Shown: positions 49,527-50,116 of the stretch, one piece after another | Numbering within the stretch: position 1 is the first letter of the stretch | Layout of the letters: every line of letters starts with the position of its first letter | From: an uncultured Oscillospiraceae bacterium | GTDB taxonomy: Bacteria > Bacillota > Clostridia > Oscillospirales > Acutalibacteraceae | Reading direction: 5' to 3' | Assembly: GCA_910588415.1 (NCBI GenBank) | Contig: CAJUPK010000002.1 | Location: forward strand, 1 to 50,116 | Length of the DNA stretch: 50,116 bases | Translations under genes and position numbers: made by a program | The notes under the pieces: generated by a model | Told to the model about the DNA's origin: nothing | Database searches by the model: none | Seen by the model: the letters and a program-made list of their open reading frames with translations, nothing else

Positions 49527-50116
49527 TCATTTGAATTTGTGGTCAAACTCATCATCATTTTCTTCAGCAATTTCAGAAATTGCACCCGCCGCAAGGCCGA
49601 GTAAGGCCCCCAGCGCCTCGCCATTCTCCTGAGCCTCAATGCGTTTGCGGCGCTCCTCGGGGTCTTCATTATCGTCACTCAGAGCAGCCAGCGTATACAT
49701 AGCAGAGCGGACAGCGCTGCCCCCAGCGCCGAGGACAGTATCGACACCACGATGATGAGCGCCCAGGTTTTCCAGCTCCGTCGTTTCGCTGCCTTGGCGA
49801 TAGCCGTTTCCAACTGCGAGCCCTTTGCCAAGGAATCGTTCAAACTCTTTTCGAGACTCTTCCCAGCCTGTTGTGCGAGGTTCTCCATCTGCGCTGTTGA
49901 AGTCTTTATCTGTTTCACGAGCTGGTTGGAAATCATCTGCTCCTCGGCAATCTGCTGTTTCGCTAGCGAATACAGCTTCGGCTGGAAATTCACTGTGCTC
50001 TCCAGAAGATCCACCATCGTATCCCAATCTTTCTCCTGGATAGGCACCATTACCGGCATACTCGGGCCATTCATATTCTTTATAGCGCTTGCGTTTTTTG
50101 CGACTAACTCGTCCAT
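49527..50116 (-). CDS. C-terminal part of a longer protein running off the window (possibly a relaxase tail)
   Basis: Frame stays open from the window edge (GRVSRKKRKRYKEYEWPEYAG...) to the stop at 49527; low-complexity acidic tail EDPEERRKRIEAQENG; relaxase identity inferred only from element context. Confidence 0.5.
   Translation of the reverse strand, partial: GRVSRKKRKRYKEYEWPEYAGNGAYPGERLGYDGGSSGEHSEFPAEAVFASETADCRGADDFQPARETDKDFNSADGEPRTTGWEESRKEFERFLGKGLAVGNGYRQGSETTELENLGAHHRGVDTVLGAGGSAVRSAMYTLAALSDDNEDPEERRKRIEAQENGEALGALLGLAAGAISEIAEENDDEFDHKFK
49679..50116 (-). CDS. Overlapping-frame ORF, coiled coil plus C-terminal TM helix (MobB-like by architecture)
   Basis: At least 145 codons open; KRRSWKTWALIIVVSILSSALGAALSALLCIRWLL tail anchor; lies wholly inside the other open frame. 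Confidence 0.55.
   Translation of the reverse strand: MDELVAKNASAIKNMNGPSMPVMVPIQEKDWDTMVDLLESTVNFQPKLYSLAKQQIAEEQMISNQLVKQIKTSTAQMENLAQQAGKSLEKSLNDSLAKGSQLETAIAKAAKRRSWKTWALIIVVSILSSALGAALSALLCIRWLL

Larger units (their letters stand above)
44801..50116. mobile_element. Integrative (probably mobilizable) element at tRNA-Ser; left part only
   Basis: Visible GC/codon shift right after the tRNA 3' end; tyrosine integrase, excisionase-like HTH genes, defence cargo; second att copy not in window. Confidence 0.8.

Overview
High-GC chromosomal segment of a spore-forming Clostridia-type Firmicute (gene set and style suggest Oscillospiraceae/Acutalibacter-like; inference). In order: a leuC...leuD operon split by four small accessory genes; a stand-alone TrpB2 under a Trp T-box; an aryl-acid cluster (acyl-CoA synthetase, Dabb, iorAB, MazG-like, nitroreductase, two OB-fold-like paralogs, paaK, ACT); the core ffs-dnaX-ybaB-recR-smpB block; orphan PadR; tRNA-Arg and tRNA-Gly with a repeat-bearing leader; hemolysin-III family gene; a heterodimeric ABC exporter with an attenuator-like leader and an internal GNAT; M28 peptidase; tagD; a double GT-C glycosyltransferase fusion; GH2 beta-galactosidase; RNHCP protein; asparaginase; intact sigK; ywlE-like/rimI/tsaD; DUF1861; DUF4317. 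From tRNA-Ser(CGA) to the window end lies a lower-GC integrative element with a four-domain GmrSD-like nuclease, tyrosine integrase, HTH genes and two overlapping ORFs. Best leads: (1) two unlinked hypothetical genes sharing both a sigma28-like promoter and a 30-aa protein module; (2) GmrSD with SeqA-like and DUF4268 appendages; (3) the double GT-C fusion; (4) the overprinted ORF pair. All family calls come from motif recognition by eye; no database searches were run.
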